Below are positions 27,839 to 38,140 of a DNA stretch of 64,000 nt, one piece after another; within the stretch, counting starts at the first letter, position 1; each line of letters begins with the position of its first letter. A program made the position numbers and the translations under genes. The notes beneath the pieces were generated by a model. That model was not told the DNA's origin. It did not search any database and saw only the letters and a program-made list of their open reading frames with translations. Source of the stretch: Fimbriimonadia bacterium (GTDB lineage: Bacteria; Armatimonadota; Fimbriimonadia; Fimbriimonadales; JABRVX01); NCBI GenBank assembly GCA_041483895.1, contig JBGPGO010000001.1, positions 352,001-416,000 of the forward strand, read 5' to 3'.

Positions 27839-29085
27839 TGCTTCGTGGCTTTGACCTGTATCCAGCGGTGCCCGGTGATGTCGCCCGACGAGAACTTGGC
27901 CACGGCCTCGATTCGCTGCACGCCGCTCGTGCCCGCCGGCACTAGGAATTCGATGCCGATTCGCGCCTTGTCGGCTCGCCCCATCAGACTGAAACGCGTC
28001 CCCGGCCCTCGCTTTGCCTTCCAGCCCTCCGGCAGCACAAGGTCAAATGTGCCGCTCATCTTGGCGGGGGTGTTGTTGCGAATGCGGACCCAACTGATAA
28101 TCGTCCAGTCCGTCGCCTCGGAATTCACGACCTCGGGGATGCCCCATTCGAATGTAAGGAGCGGCAGGATTTCAAAGCTGCTGGTGGCATGGAAGGTCCT
28201 TCCATCGGCGAGCTCCCCGGTCACGTCGATGGCATGGAACCCCGGTGTTATGTTGTCATTCACTTTGGTGGAATAGGACGTGGTGGTCTTTTGCCCTGCG
28301 GCGAGCGGCTCCAGCGCCCTCTCCACGGTGTCCACCCATTTGTCCGTTGTTCCGCCACCGGTGAATTTGACTCGCTTTAGATCGATCGCATCGCCGGCAC
28401 TATTCTTCAGTTCAAAGCCGAGATTCAGGTCGGACCCGGCATCCATGCGGCGGGCCTTGAAGTTGGACTTCCAGACGAGACCTGCCGGGATATCCGCGCC
28501 CTTGTCCAGAACGAGCATCGCGGGAGCGCAGGCACGCGGGGAGAACGGTTGGAATTCTGTTCCTTCAACCACATCGAACCGCGCCGCGAGGCGCTTGTTT
28601 TCTTTCAGCTCCAGGCCATAAGGATTCGTGGCGGGGATTCGGATTTCAACGGTCCAATCGCTCGCGGCGCCGCTGGCCTTGAATATCAGAGCGGTCTGAA
28701 TTAGGTTGGCGTCCTTCCACTGCGGTCCGGCGACGTTCGTGGCGTCGAGCAGCTTTACCGTGACCGTGGCATTCGTTCCGTCGAAGGTCGCCACAAACTG
28801 AAGGTTGTCCGCGCCCACCAGCCAACCGTTGCCTTCGCAATCGAGTGAGACGACAATCGCTTTGCCGATCGGGGCCGACCCTGCGGCATACAGCGCCTCG
28901 TAGTCCCACTGGAGATATCCCGTGCTTCCCGGGAAAAACGGATCCCATTCGGCAGGCGATATCACGCCGTCAAGCTTCGGGGTAAGGGCCTGGCGTCCCA
29001 CGACAATCCCTTCCGGGATGGCTGTGAAATCCGGGTCCGCGGTCGCTCCATTCACCGTAAGCAGCAGTGCAAATAAAATTAGCAA
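27835..29085 (-). CDS. Secreted hypothetical protein with sugar-binding-like and Ig/NEW3-like domains
   Basis: Signal-like N-terminus, PKLDGVISPAEW, LVLPEGW. Start uncertain. Confidence 0.6.
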   Translation of the reverse strand: MLILFALLLTVNGATADPDFTAIPEGIVVGRQALTPKLDGVISPAEWDPFFPGSTGYLQWDYEALYAAGSAPIGKAIVVSLDCEGNGWLVGADNLQFVATFDGTNATVTVKLLDATNVAGPQWKDANLIQTALIFKASGAASDWTVEIRIPATNPYGLELKENKRLAARFDVVEGTEFQPFSPRACAPAMLVLDKGADIPAGLVWKSNFKARRMDAGSDLNLGFELKNSAGDAIDLKRVKFTGGGTTDKWVDTVERALEPLAAGQKTTTSYSTKVNDNITPGFHAIDVTGELADGRTFHATSSFEILPLLTFEWGIPEVVNSEATDWTIISWVRIRNNTPAKMSGTFDLVLPEGWKAKRGPGTRFSLMGRADKARIGIEFLVPAGTSGVQRIEAVAKFSSGDITGHRWIQVKATKQ

Positions 29086-29101
29086 TCCAAGGCTCCTTCC
29101 A

Positions 29102-30295
29102 CTATTGCTTTGTATGCCGATACTGTCTCAAAAAGGCCGGGACATCAAGGTCCTCGTCCGTAAACACCAGCGTGTCGTCCGAAACCTTGCGGCGTTCGAC
29201 AACGGAAGGTTCGGTCCTTTCCACAACCGGCTCTTGCACGGGCGCGGGCCTCGGCGCCACGGCGGGCCGTTGCGCCGGCAGCTCCACAGCGGCGGTGTAC
29301 GAACGCACCTCTTTGGCCTTGCGCTCCTTGGGCCGGTCGATCCATTCCCCGCCGATTCCGGCCGCCAAGACCGTGATTCGGACTTCTTCGCCCAGCGACT
29401 CGTCGAGCACATGGCCCATGATGATGTTCGCTTCCGTCGTATCCGCGTGGCCTTGAATGTATCGCATCGCCTCGTTGGCTTCGATCAAGGTCAGGTTCGG
29501 CCCGGCGGTGATGTTGACGAGCAGCCGGGTCGCGCCGTTGATGGAGGTATCCAACAGAGGGCTGGAGACGGCGGCCTCGGCGGCGGTCGCGGCACGGTGT
29601 TCGCCGGTTCCGACTCCGATTCCCATCAGGGCGGGCCCCGCGTTCTCCATGATCGTCCGAACGTCCGCAAAGTCCACGTTGATCAGGCCGGGAACCAAGA
29701 TGATGTCCGAAATCCCCTGAACCCCCTGCCGCAGCACGTCGTCGGCCACGCGAAAGGCATCGATCATCGTTGTCTTACGCTCGACCACCTCGAGCAGTCG
29801 GTCATTCGGGATGGTGATGATCGTGTCAACCTTGTCCCGCAGCGAACCGACGCCCTCTTCGCCAACTCGCTTGCGACGCGGACCCTCGAATGCGAAGGGC
29901 CGCGTGACGACGGCGATGGTGAGTGCGCCGATGTCTCGCGCCATATCGGCGATAACCGTGGAAGCCCCGGTACCGGTTCCGCCACCCATGCCGGCGGTTA
30001 GGAACACCATGTCCGCGCCTTCCAGCACTTTGCGGATTTCCGTGCGGCTCTCCTCGGCGGCGCTCTTGCCGACCTCAGGATTCCCGCCCGCGCCCAACCC
30101 GCGCGTCAGATTCCCTCCCAGGGCCACCTTTTTCGGCGCCATCGCCAGATCGAGCACCTGCATATCGGTGTTCATGGCGATGAACTCAACACCCTGTATC
30201 CCGGCCTCGATCATTCGGTTGACCGCGTTCGAACCGCCGCCGCCCACACCGACGACCTTGATGCGCGCATGAAACTCCTGACTATTCCCTAGCAT
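29102..30295 (-). CDS. ftsZ: Cell division protein FtsZ
   Basis: [27 protein letters not shown]-terminal DLDVPAFLR. Confidence 0.98.
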   Translation of the reverse strand: MLGNSQEFHARIKVVGVGGGGSNAVNRMIEAGIQGVEFIAMNTDMQVLDLAMAPKKVALGGNLTRGLGAGGNPEVGKSAAEESRTEIRKVLEGADMVFLTAGMGGGTGTGASTVIADMARDIGALTIAVVTRPFAFEGPRRKRVGEEGVGSLRDKVDTIITIPNDRLLEVVERKTTMIDAFRVADDVLRQGVQGISDIILVPGLINVDFADVRTIMENAGPALMGIGVGTGEHRAATAAEAAVSSPLLDTSINGATRLLVNITAGPNLTLIEANEAMRYIQGHADTTEANIIMGHVLDESLGEEVRITVLAAGIGGEWIDRPKERKAKEVRSYTAAVELPAQRPAVAPRPAPVQEPVVERTEPSVVERRKVSDDTLVFTDEDLDVPAFLRQYRHTKQ

Positions 30296-30363
30296 TCTTT
30301 CCCCTTCCAATGGACCTTGCTTATTGACGATGCGATCGTCAATGAAATCGAACTATGGATATC

Positions 30364-31584
30364 TTATCGATCGCGGGCGAACAGCTTGCGCCGGATCGTC
30401 TGAAGCCAGTCGCCCCGCCGGCCTCCCAATTCCTCTTCCTTGAGCAACAGAATGCCCTGCTGCGCCAGGCCCACGGCCGTCACCCACTCCGGAGTGTTGA
30501 TGGTCATGTCGATCCCTGCCAGGCCGCGCGGCGTGCCGATGCGTACCGGCAGGCCGCTGATCACGTCGCTTGCCAGTTTACGCGCGCCTTCCAGTTTGGC
30601 TCCGCCGCCGGTCAGCACGATGCCGCCCGGAAGGACGCCGAGCCGGCCGCTTCTTTCCAGATGACGCCGGACGAACTCGAATAGCTCCCACATCCGCGAC
30701 TGGATGATCTCGCACAGCATTTTGCGTCGCAGCATGCGATTCGTCGGCTGGCCGATCTGGTGGACCTCCACAACATCTTCCTCAGCAATCTCTTGATACC
30801 GGGTGGAGCCATAGGCGAGCTTCAGGCGTTCGGCCTCCTCCGGCGACGTCTTCAAAAGTTTGCAAATATCGTTGGTAACGTGCTTGCCGCCGACCGGGAT
30901 GACACCGAGGTAGGCCAGCGACCCGGCTTCGAACACGGAAATCTCGCAGCTTCCCCCACCGATGTCTACAAGCGCCGTTCCGATACCCCGCTGGCTGTCG
31001 TCCAACAGGGCCTCTGAATGCGCGATCGGTTCGAGTACTAGGTCCATCACCTCGAGATTCGCCTTTTCCACCGCCCGCACGACGTTCTGGATGTTCGTCG
31101 AACCACCAATCGCGACGTTCGTGGTCACCTCTAATCGCGTACCATAGAGTCCGACCGGTTGGGTGACGCCATTCCGACCGTCAACGGAATAGCATCGGGG
31201 AAGAACTTCCAAAACCTCTTGGTCGGGGGCGAGGTGGATATGGCGGCTGCTATCCAACGCGCGTCGGACATCGTCTACCGTGATTTCGCGCATGGGAGGC
31301 GATAGCGTCAACTTGCCTTCCCCCTTTTCCAGCGCGATATGCTCGCCCGATACGCCGACAAACACGCCCTCGATTGCGACATTGCCGGCCTGTCCCGCCA
31401 ACCGGACGGCGGCCTGACTTGCCCGGACAGTCTCGTCCATATCGATGACGCTGCCCTTGCTCATCCCCTTGCACGGCTCCGCTCCATATCCGATGACGCG
31501 CGCCTCTCCCTCGTGGTCCGTACCCGCAACGATACAGCGAACGTGTGTCGATCCTAGGTCTAGTCCAGCAACATGGCGAATCAT
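30364..31584 (-). CDS. ftsA: Cell division protein FtsA
   Basis: GLDLGS, VDIGGGS, VLTGGGAKL; adjacent to ftsZ. Confidence 0.96.
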   Translation of the reverse strand: MIRHVAGLDLGSTHVRCIVAGTDHEGEARVIGYGAEPCKGMSKGSVIDMDETVRASQAAVRLAGQAGNVAIEGVFVGVSGEHIALEKGEGKLTLSPPMREITVDDVRRALDSSRHIHLAPDQEVLEVLPRCYSVDGRNGVTQPVGLYGTRLEVTTNVAIGGSTNIQNVVRAVEKANLEVMDLVLEPIAHSEALLDDSQRGIGTALVDIGGGSCEISVFEAGSLAYLGVIPVGGKHVTNDICKLLKTSPEEAERLKLAYGSTRYQEIAEEDVVEVHQIGQPTNRMLRRKMLCEIIQSRMWELFEFVRRHLERSGRLGVLPGGIVLTGGGAKLEGARKLASDVISGLPVRIGTPRGLAGIDMTINTPEWVTAVGLAQQGILLLKEEELGGRRGDWLQTIRRKLFARDR

Positions 31585-31590
31585 AAATAG

Positions 31591-31965
31591 TTACCCCGGG
31601 GCTTCCTCTCCCAGTTTTTTCATTTCGGCGCCCGTAATTAGATGCCTGCGGATAATGGAGAGATTTGTGAAAATTCTACCTCCCAAGACGACCACGGCGG
31701 CGAGGAAAAGATCGATTCCGACCTGGTCGCCGCAATAAGCGAGACCGGAGGCGGTAATTGCGTTCACCGCAAAGCCGCTCACGAATATCTTGGGATCGAA
31801 GTTTCGATCCATCGCCGACCGGATGCCGCCGATGAGGGTGTCGAGGCCGGCGAGGGCGGCAACCGACAGATAGCTGCCGAAGCTGGCGTTGACGGTAATA
31901 GGGGCCTGTACCCACCAGGCGACGACAATGCCGAGAATGAGCGCGAGGATGGGAATCAGGATCAT
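31591..31965 (-). CDS. sbp: Small basic protein Sbp (DUF1290)
   Basis: YLSVAALAGLDT..GGIRS, F..GF..N, LAAVVVLGGRIFTNLSIIRR. Confidence 0.88.
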   Translation of the reverse strand: MILIPILALILGIVVAWWVQAPITVNASFGSYLSVAALAGLDTLIGGIRSAMDRNFDPKIFVSGFAVNAITASGLAYCGDQVGIDLFLAAVVVLGGRIFTNLSIIRRHLITGAEMKKLGEEAPG

Positions 31966-32711
31966 TGCTTTGGCTTCTCGATTGGCTTCGCGTATTGAAT
32001 CTTCGTCGTTCCACCGTATGCGGCGATCTTTAGATGCGGTTCGAGAATGACGTCTACCATCTTGGGATCGAGTTGCCGGATATTGGATAGAACGCCGCCG
32101 TTGAGGTTCATGGCGGAGCGCAATGTCTCCGGCTCGCCAATCGCCTCAATCCGGAATGGAGAGGAGAGCGGGATGCCGTCGAAGTGCACGACCGGGCCCA
32201 CGCAACGCACGCTGCTCAGCGAAGTCGCTCGATGCCCGTTGACGGCAATCACTTCCGCTCCTGAAGCGTGCAGTTCATTAATGACTTGCAGAATATCGTT
32301 GTCGTGGATGATGTATCGCTCTCTCAGCTCGGGGGCGGTAGCGGGCGGATGTGGGCTGTCTTGCAACAGAACGGTGATGCCCGGCCCCTCGACATCGACA
32401 AGCCCCGCCATGACTTTGATCGATTTGAGCTCATCAGACAGCACCTGGGTCATCTTGGACTTGCTCGTGGAGGCGTTTTCCAATTCGTTGAGCTTGTTGC
32501 GAAGGTCGATGATCTCCTCGCGCTGTTCCTTGTTGAATTGCCGTTCCGACTTGATGATTTGAGTCGCCAGTGTGGCACGGCCGCCACCCGAGTCCTTATT
32601 GGCGATCTCGATCTTGTACGCCCAGGTCGCCAAAACTCCGAGCAACGCGCAGGCGACACTGATCGGGATGAGCCACTGATTACTGGTCTTTGTTATTTGG
32701 GCCGGATTCAT
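31962..32711 (-). CDS. DUF881 family protein (YlxW/YlxX-like)
   Basis: AGLVDVEGPGITV.L.D, IHDNDI..VINEL.ASGAE.IAVNG.R, RCVGP. Confidence 0.9.
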   Translation of the reverse strand: MNPAQITKTSNQWLIPISVACALLGVLATWAYKIEIANKDSGGGRATLATQIIKSERQFNKEQREEIIDLRNKLNELENASTSKSKMTQVLSDELKSIKVMAGLVDVEGPGITVLLQDSPHPPATAPELRERYIIHDNDILQVINELHASGAEVIAVNGHRATSLSSVRCVGPVVHFDGIPLSSPFRIEAIGEPETLRSAMNLNGGVLSNIRQLDPKMVDVILEPHLKIAAYGGTTKIQYAKPIEKPKQ

Positions 32712-33540
32712 AGGTAGACGCCTTTTTCGCCGCATCCGGGGGCGCATTTGTTGGTGCATCGTGACGGTTCCAACGAACGGCGGGAGCCTCCGGACACTTC
32801 AGGTCTAGGTACTCGGCCTTATCGAGCAAAGTCGGGTCTCGTTGCAGGATGGTCTGGAGCGTCTTGATCTTGGCGCCTACCCGGTCGCCGCCGCCCAAAC
32901 GGACGGGCGACAGCGTTGGGATATTTAAGCACATCTCCCCCGTGGAATCAACAGTTATCTTGGCGCGGCTCCCCATCCGTCTCCTGTCGAGTTCCCTAAA
33001 TACCGCCATCGCCGGCTTCACTTCTTCCGGCTCGCTGCCGAAAGGCCATTGGACCGGCCCGGCAAATTCAATTCTTCGCGCCGATTCGCCGCCCTCCGAT
33101 CGCTGGAACGGAATCCCCAGTTCATCGATATCGGCGGTCCAGCCAGGTCCGGACGCGCGGGCGTACTGCCGTCGATATGCAAGGCGGACGGTGAGGCGGC
33201 CGTCAATGCCCCGCCGGACCTCGGCGGTCCTGATCCGGGGCTCCTTATTCAGCAGGTGCTGGATGCGCGCTCCGTTGATGGCGAGGACCGGCTGACCGCG
33301 CATGGGACGGAATGCGTCCCGCAGCCATCCCTCGTCCCGATTGTCCGATCCATTGATCGTGATGGAACGCAGGCCAGTCCAGGGCGAGGTGAACGCGGCG
33401 GCGATCAGCTCCAGAGCCAGGCCGATGCCGAAAATCCAGCGCCACGGAAGATTGCGCTTGGGCTTCCGGGGCGCGACCCGGCGGTCCGAGGAATATCGGC
33501 GGCGGGGGCTAGACCTGGAAGCGCGGACGGCGGATTTCAT
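32680..33540 (-). CDS. ftsQ: Cell division protein FtsQ/DivIB
   Basis: Basic N-tail, single TM, POTRA-like region, YLDLK..P; position in the dcw cluster. Confidence 0.75.
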   Translation of the reverse strand: MKSAVRASRSSPRRRYSSDRRVAPRKPKRNLPWRWIFGIGLALELIAAAFTSPWTGLRSITINGSDNRDEGWLRDAFRPMRGQPVLAINGARIQHLLNKEPRIRTAEVRRGIDGRLTVRLAYRRQYARASGPGWTADIDELGIPFQRSEGGESARRIEFAGPVQWPFGSEPEEVKPAMAVFRELDRRRMGSRAKITVDSTGEMCLNIPTLSPVRLGGGDRVGAKIKTLQTILQRDPTLLDKAEYLDLKCPEAPAVRWNRHDAPTNAPPDAAKKASTYESGPNNKDQ

Positions 33541-35884
33541 GCTCCTCCAATGCCAGTTGGATAATCTTTTCGCACAGGTCGGGGAAGGATAGGCCCACGG
33601 CCTCCGCGGCGCGCGGGAAGATGCTCGTGGGCGTGAGGCCGGGGATGGTGTTTAGCTCCAGAATAAACGGGCCCTCGTCGGTCACCATCATGTCCACGCG
33701 GGTGAACCCCCGGCAGCCGATGGTCTCGAAGGCGTCCTTGGCGATCTGTTGGCAGCGGGCGGTCATTTCCGGATCGAGGCGGGCGGGGATGATCTCCTCC
33801 GTCGCGCCGAGGGTGTATTTGGACTCGAAATCGTACACGCCGCTTTGGGGGGCAATTTCGCAGATGGGCAGCACGTCGGGTTTCTCGTTTCCGAGCACGC
33901 AGACTGAGATCTCCATGCCTTTCACCCAAGGCTCCACCAGGGCCTCGATGTCGTGGCGGAGGGCGATTCGGACGCCGCGTTCCAGTTCTTCTTTCGTTGT
34001 GGCGAAGCTGAGGCCGACGGAGGAGCCTTGGTTGTTGGGCTTGATGACGGCGGGCAGCGGGCACTCCTGCCACTTCTCTTTCCAGTCCCTTCTCGACAGC
34101 AGTACTCCCGACAGCACCGGCAGCCCCGCCGCAGCCAGTTCCCGCTTACACCGATGCTTGTTCATGGCCAGCGCGCTGGCCAGCACTCCGGAACCGGTGT
34201 AGGGAGTCCCTGCTAACTCCAAGTATCCCTGAGCCGTTCCGTCCTCCCCAGGCGAACCATGAAGCGCGATAAATACCACGTCCTCCACATTCTTGGTCCT
34301 CGAAATCGGATGGCCAAAAAAATCCTCCAACTCAGAAAGGAGCGCGAGAAACCCAGCTTTACTCAACGCGTCCGCGACTCGCAGTCCAGTGAGATTTGAG
34401 ACCTCTCTTTCGGTCGAGTACCCGCCAGCCAAAACGCGCACCGTTCCCTTATATGCTTGTTTCTGTTTCCGAGCGAGGATTTGCGAAACTTCGGCAATGC
34501 AACGGTTGATATCGCCCGCGCCCATGGAAACAAAAACATCCTTTGGCTCCAACATCGCCGCAGCGGTTGCCGCCAGATTCTCCAGGCTCGGAACATACAG
34601 AACAGGAAAATTCGAATTATGCTGTTCTATCAACTCCACAATCCTTCCACTCGTCAAACCTGGGATCGGCTTCTCACGGGCGGGATAAATATCTGTGATA
34701 AGCAGTGCGTCTGCCAACTGGAGCGTCTCCGCGAATCGATGAAGAAACTGCTGTGTCCGCGAATATAAGTGTGGCTGGAAAGCTAACACCACGCGCCGAC
34801 CGGCATACCGGTGCCGAATTGCAGAGATTGACGCCGAAATCTCCGTAGGATGATGCGCGTAATCGTCTATCAGCACGATGTCGCCGGACAAACCTACCTC
34901 TTCCAGCCTTCGCTCCGGAGATTTGAATCGTCGCAGACCCTCCTTGATTGCTTGCGGCCATATCCCGAGAGTATGGGCCATCGCGATCGCGGCCAACGCA
35001 TTCCTTATGTTGTGCTCGCCGGGAACCTTGAGCCAAAACTCGCCCAAATCGGCATCCGGGGACAGAACCGTAAAAACTGTCTCCTCTTCGTCCTGCGTGA
35101 TTTTGATCGCCTGAAAGTCGCCATGATAGAGGCCGAAAGAGAGCGTTCTGCATTGCGCCTTCTGCGCGATACCGGAACATATCTCATCATCAACGGGATA
35201 GACGAGCAAGCCATTCTTAGGTAATGCTTGTATAAATCTTTCCATGCTGGCAACGAGCTTCTCGAGCGTGCCGTGATAATCAAGGTGATCGGCCTCCAAG
35301 TTCGTCAGGATCGCGCTTTCCGGCGTTAGGTCATGAATGGAATCGTAGGCCTCGCATGCTTCCGCCACGAACCAGTCCCCTTTGCCGATCCGCACGCTGC
35401 CGTGAAACTGCTCAACTTCCGCTCCGACGAACACCATGGGATCGAGTCCGGCATCAATGAGAATCGTTCCGAGCATGGCGGTAGTGGTGGTTTTGCCGTG
35501 CGTGCCCGTGACAGCAATGGCACGCTTTTGGCGCGTCAACCAGCCGAGCAGTTCGGACCTGCGCCACACGGGTATACCGCGCCTTTTGGCCTCAATAATT
35601 TCCGGATTGGTCTCGCGGTCAGCCGCATCGGTTGAAATCACCCAATCGGCATCCTCAAGGTGCTTGGGATCGTGTCCTTCGTAGACCTTCATGCCTAACG
35701 CGGACAGTGCCAAAGTAAGAATCGAAGGCGTGATGTCGGAGCCGGAGACCTTGTAGCCCTGCGCGTGGAGGATTCGCGCGAGGCCGCTCTGCCCCGCGCC
35801 GCCAATGCCGACGAAGAACGGCCGCTTGCATTTCTTGAAGTCTTCCGCCACACTGTCAGAATACCTCGCCGTGGCTACAGCCAT
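33509..35884 (-). CDS. murC-ddl: Fused UDP-N-acetylmuramate--L-alanine ligase / D-Ala--D-Ala ligase
   Basis: MurC: GIGGAGQSGLA, GTHGKTTT, DDYAHHPTE, FQPHLYSRT, MGAGDI. Ddl: GGYSTEREVS, LHGSPGEDG, QGSSVG, YDFESKY, ELNTIPGLT. One continuous 791-aa frame. Confidence 0.95.
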   Translation of the reverse strand: MAVATARYSDSVAEDFKKCKRPFFVGIGGAGQSGLARILHAQGYKVSGSDITPSILTLALSALGMKVYEGHDPKHLEDADWVISTDAADRETNPEIIEAKRRGIPVWRRSELLGWLTRQKRAIAVTGTHGKTTTTAMLGTILIDAGLDPMVFVGAEVEQFHGSVRIGKGDWFVAEACEAYDSIHDLTPESAILTNLEADHLDYHGTLEKLVASMERFIQALPKNGLLVYPVDDEICSGIAQKAQCRTLSFGLYHGDFQAIKITQDEEETVFTVLSPDADLGEFWLKVPGEHNIRNALAAIAMAHTLGIWPQAIKEGLRRFKSPERRLEEVGLSGDIVLIDDYAHHPTEISASISAIRHRYAGRRVVLAFQPHLYSRTQQFLHRFAETLQLADALLITDIYPAREKPIPGLTSGRIVELIEQHNSNFPVLYVPSLENLAATAAAMLEPKDVFVSMGAGDINRCIAEVSQILARKQKQAYKGTVRVLAGGYSTEREVSNLTGLRVADALSKAGFLALLSELEDFFGHPISRTKNVEDVVFIALHGSPGEDGTAQGYLELAGTPYTGSGVLASALAMNKHRCKRELAAAGLPVLSGVLLSRRDWKEKWQECPLPAVIKPNNQGSSVGLSFATTKEELERGVRIALRHDIEALVEPWVKGMEISVCVLGNEKPDVLPICEIAPQSGVYDFESKYTLGATEEIIPARLDPEMTARCQQIAKDAFETIGCRGFTRVDMMVTDEGPFILELNTIPGLTPTSIFPRAAEAVGLSFPDLCEKIIQLALEEHEIRRPRFQV

Positions 35885-35889
35885 CTTTT

Positions 35890-37023
35890 CTAAGACACCA
35901 TGCGGCCGGCGGTGGTGGAACGAGGGGTCGCGCCGGCGATCGCCTCCAGCTTATCCACAATCAGCTCCTCGGCGTTTGGACGGAACAGGGCCCGCGCCGC
36001 CTTCGAAGCCTTGGCAAGCTCTTCCGGTTGACTCCGCCATGTCTCGATCCATTCGGACAGGAGAGACGGGGAAATGGCGGACTGTTTGCAAACTCGGCCC
36101 GCGCCCGCATCCGACAGAACCTGCGCGTTGATCGCCTGATGATTATTGGCGGCGGTAGGCAGCGGCACCATGATGGAGGGCAGTCCCCACGCTAAAGTCT
36201 CGTTCAACGTTCCCGACCCGCAACGCACAATAGCTGTATCCGCCGCGCGAAACGCCATCCCAACTTCCGGTCCCGTCAAAAATCCTCGAACAACATGATT
36301 TCCGTTGAGACCCAAGTTCTTCGCCGATTCGCGAACCTGCGCCTCGTGCTTATCCCCGGTGACGTGCAGCCACTGGACGCTTCCGGTCGGCATATGCTGC
36401 ACCGCGCTCAGCACCGCCTCATTGATCGCCTGCGCGCCCTGCGACCCGCCCAAAACCAGGACGGTCCATTTGTCGGCGGCGAGGCCAAAATGAACTCGGG
36501 CGTCGGCCTGCGACAGCTCGCACTGAATGGCATCCTCCCGCAGCGGCATGCCGGAGACGACGATGTTCTTATTCTTGAAATCCGAAGCCGCTTTTTCGAA
36601 GGTCAAGCAGATCAGCGCTGCGTGCTTTCCCAGCATCTTGTTCGCCCGGCCCGCGACCGCGTTCTGCTCGTGCAGCACGTACGGCCCCTTGCGTTTTTTC
36701 TGCGCCATCAAAATGGGCGCGGCCACATATCCGCCGGTGCCGAAAACGATATCCGGCCGAAACCTTTCCAGAATCCGCATGGACTCCGACTGTGATCGGA
36801 CCAGCTTGACCAGGCCCTTAATCCCCTTCGGAGTGAAGACGCGGCCGACCGGCTCCGCATGGACGCGCTCGAACGCTAGCGGCATGTCGGCAAGGGAGTT
36901 CTCTATGCCGCGATAGCTGCCGATGTACAGGACCTCACACCCGCGTGAGGCCGCGACGCATCCGACTCGAAGCGCGGGGAACGCGTGTCCGCCTGTCCCC
37001 CCACCGCACACGATCAGTCTCAA
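35890..37023 (-). CDS. murG: MurG glycosyltransferase
   Basis: GGGTGGH, GTGGYV, HEQN, GGSQGA; AGGAGG SD before TTG 37023. Confidence 0.95.
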   Translation of the reverse strand: MRLIVCGGGTGGHAFPALRVGCVAASRGCEVLYIGSYRGIENSLADMPLAFERVHAEPVGRVFTPKGIKGLVKLVRSQSESMRILERFRPDIVFGTGGYVAAPILMAQKKRKGPYVLHEQNAVAGRANKMLGKHAALICLTFEKAASDFKNKNIVVSGMPLREDAIQCELSQADARVHFGLAADKWTVLVLGGSQGAQAINEAVLSAVQHMPTGSVQWLHVTGDKHEAQVRESAKNLGLNGNHVVRGFLTGPEVGMAFRAADTAIVRCGSGTLNETLAWGLPSIMVPLPTAANNHQAINAQVLSDAGAGRVCKQSAISPSLLSEWIETWRSQPEELAKASKAARALFRPNAEELIVDKLEAIAGATPRSTTAGRMVS

Positions 37024-38140
37024 GCCGTTCCTCCTGTTCCGAAGCCATAGCCGATTGTACGATACCAAATGCAATTCCCAATGCAACCAGACTGCTGCCA
37101 CCCGCGCTGAGCAGCGGCAGCGGTATCCCGATGGGGGGCAAAACGCCGGTCACCATCAGAATATTCACGCCCGATTGCAGGCCGATCCACCAGCCGATGC
37201 CGGCGATGACCAACGACGCATAGCGATTGGGCGCCCGGCCGGAAAGCGCGAACAGCCGCCACACGATGCCGCCAATGAGAATCAGCATGAACATCGCGCC
37301 GACAAACCCGGCCTCCTCGGCAATCGTTGTAAAGATAAAATCTGTCGTCGCGACGGGGAGCGAGTATTTGGTGATTCCCATCCCGATCCCCTGCCCCATC
37401 GCGCCACCCATGCCGATGCCAAGCTCCGACCGTACCGATTGGAACCCAATCTCTTTCGCGTTTTGGGCGCTCCAGCGATCCTCATGCGCCATGATTCGGG
37501 CAAGGCGGTACGGCTGCAGTTGGATCAGCGCGAACGCCAACACCACACCGGCCGCGGCGAGGGAGAAGATGACCTTGCCCCGGACGCCGCCGAGAATGAG
37601 CATGCCGAGGAAGATTCCAAGTACCATGCCGGCCGTGCCCAGGTCCGGCTCCAGCTCGACCGCCAACGCGCCGACGACAACCAAGGCGAACGGCATGGCG
37701 CTCCAAGCGCGTTCGGTCCAATGCACCGGTTTCGGATAGCGCTGGCGTCGCGGCATCTTCTCCAATAGCGCGGCCAAAAAGACGATGCTCGCAAGTTTCA
37801 GGAATTCGGACGGCTGGATGCGGATCGGGCCATATCCGAACCATCGGTGCGCGTTGTTCAACTCCACCCCGATGACCGGAGCAAAGACAAGCCCGCAGCC
37901 GATGAGAGCCAAAAGAAAGATGATTGTGCTCGACCGCTTCCACTTCTCGAATTCGATGCGGCGGGCGAGGAAGAATGCGCCAATCGCGACGCCGAACCAG
38001 ACGAGCTGCATCAGGCCGCCGCGCAGTCCGCTGCCGGTCCGCATGCCGATCGGGTAGCCCGCGTCCCACACGAAAAACACCCCGAGCGCGGCGACGAGGA
38101 AGCACAGAAAACAGAGCAGCGGGTCCGCCAGGCGCTTCAT
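36935..38140 (-). CDS. ftsW: SEDS protein FtsW
   Basis: RW...IQPSEF.K, EPDLGT, TDFIF..IAEE.G, GIPLPLLSAGGSS. Confidence 0.93.
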   Translation of the reverse strand: MKRLADPLLCFLCFLVAALGVFFVWDAGYPIGMRTGSGLRGGLMQLVWFGVAIGAFFLARRIEFEKWKRSSTIIFLLALIGCGLVFAPVIGVELNNAHRWFGYGPIRIQPSEFLKLASIVFLAALLEKMPRRQRYPKPVHWTERAWSAMPFALVVVGALAVELEPDLGTAGMVLGIFLGMLILGGVRGKVIFSLAAAGVVLAFALIQLQPYRLARIMAHEDRWSAQNAKEIGFQSVRSELGIGMGGAMGQGIGMGITKYSLPVATTDFIFTTIAEEAGFVGAMFMLILIGGIVWRLFALSGRAPNRYASLVIAGIGWWIGLQSGVNILMVTGVLPPIGIPLPLLSAGGSSLVALGIAFGIVQSAMASEQEERLETDRVRWGDRRTRVPRASSRMRRGLTRV

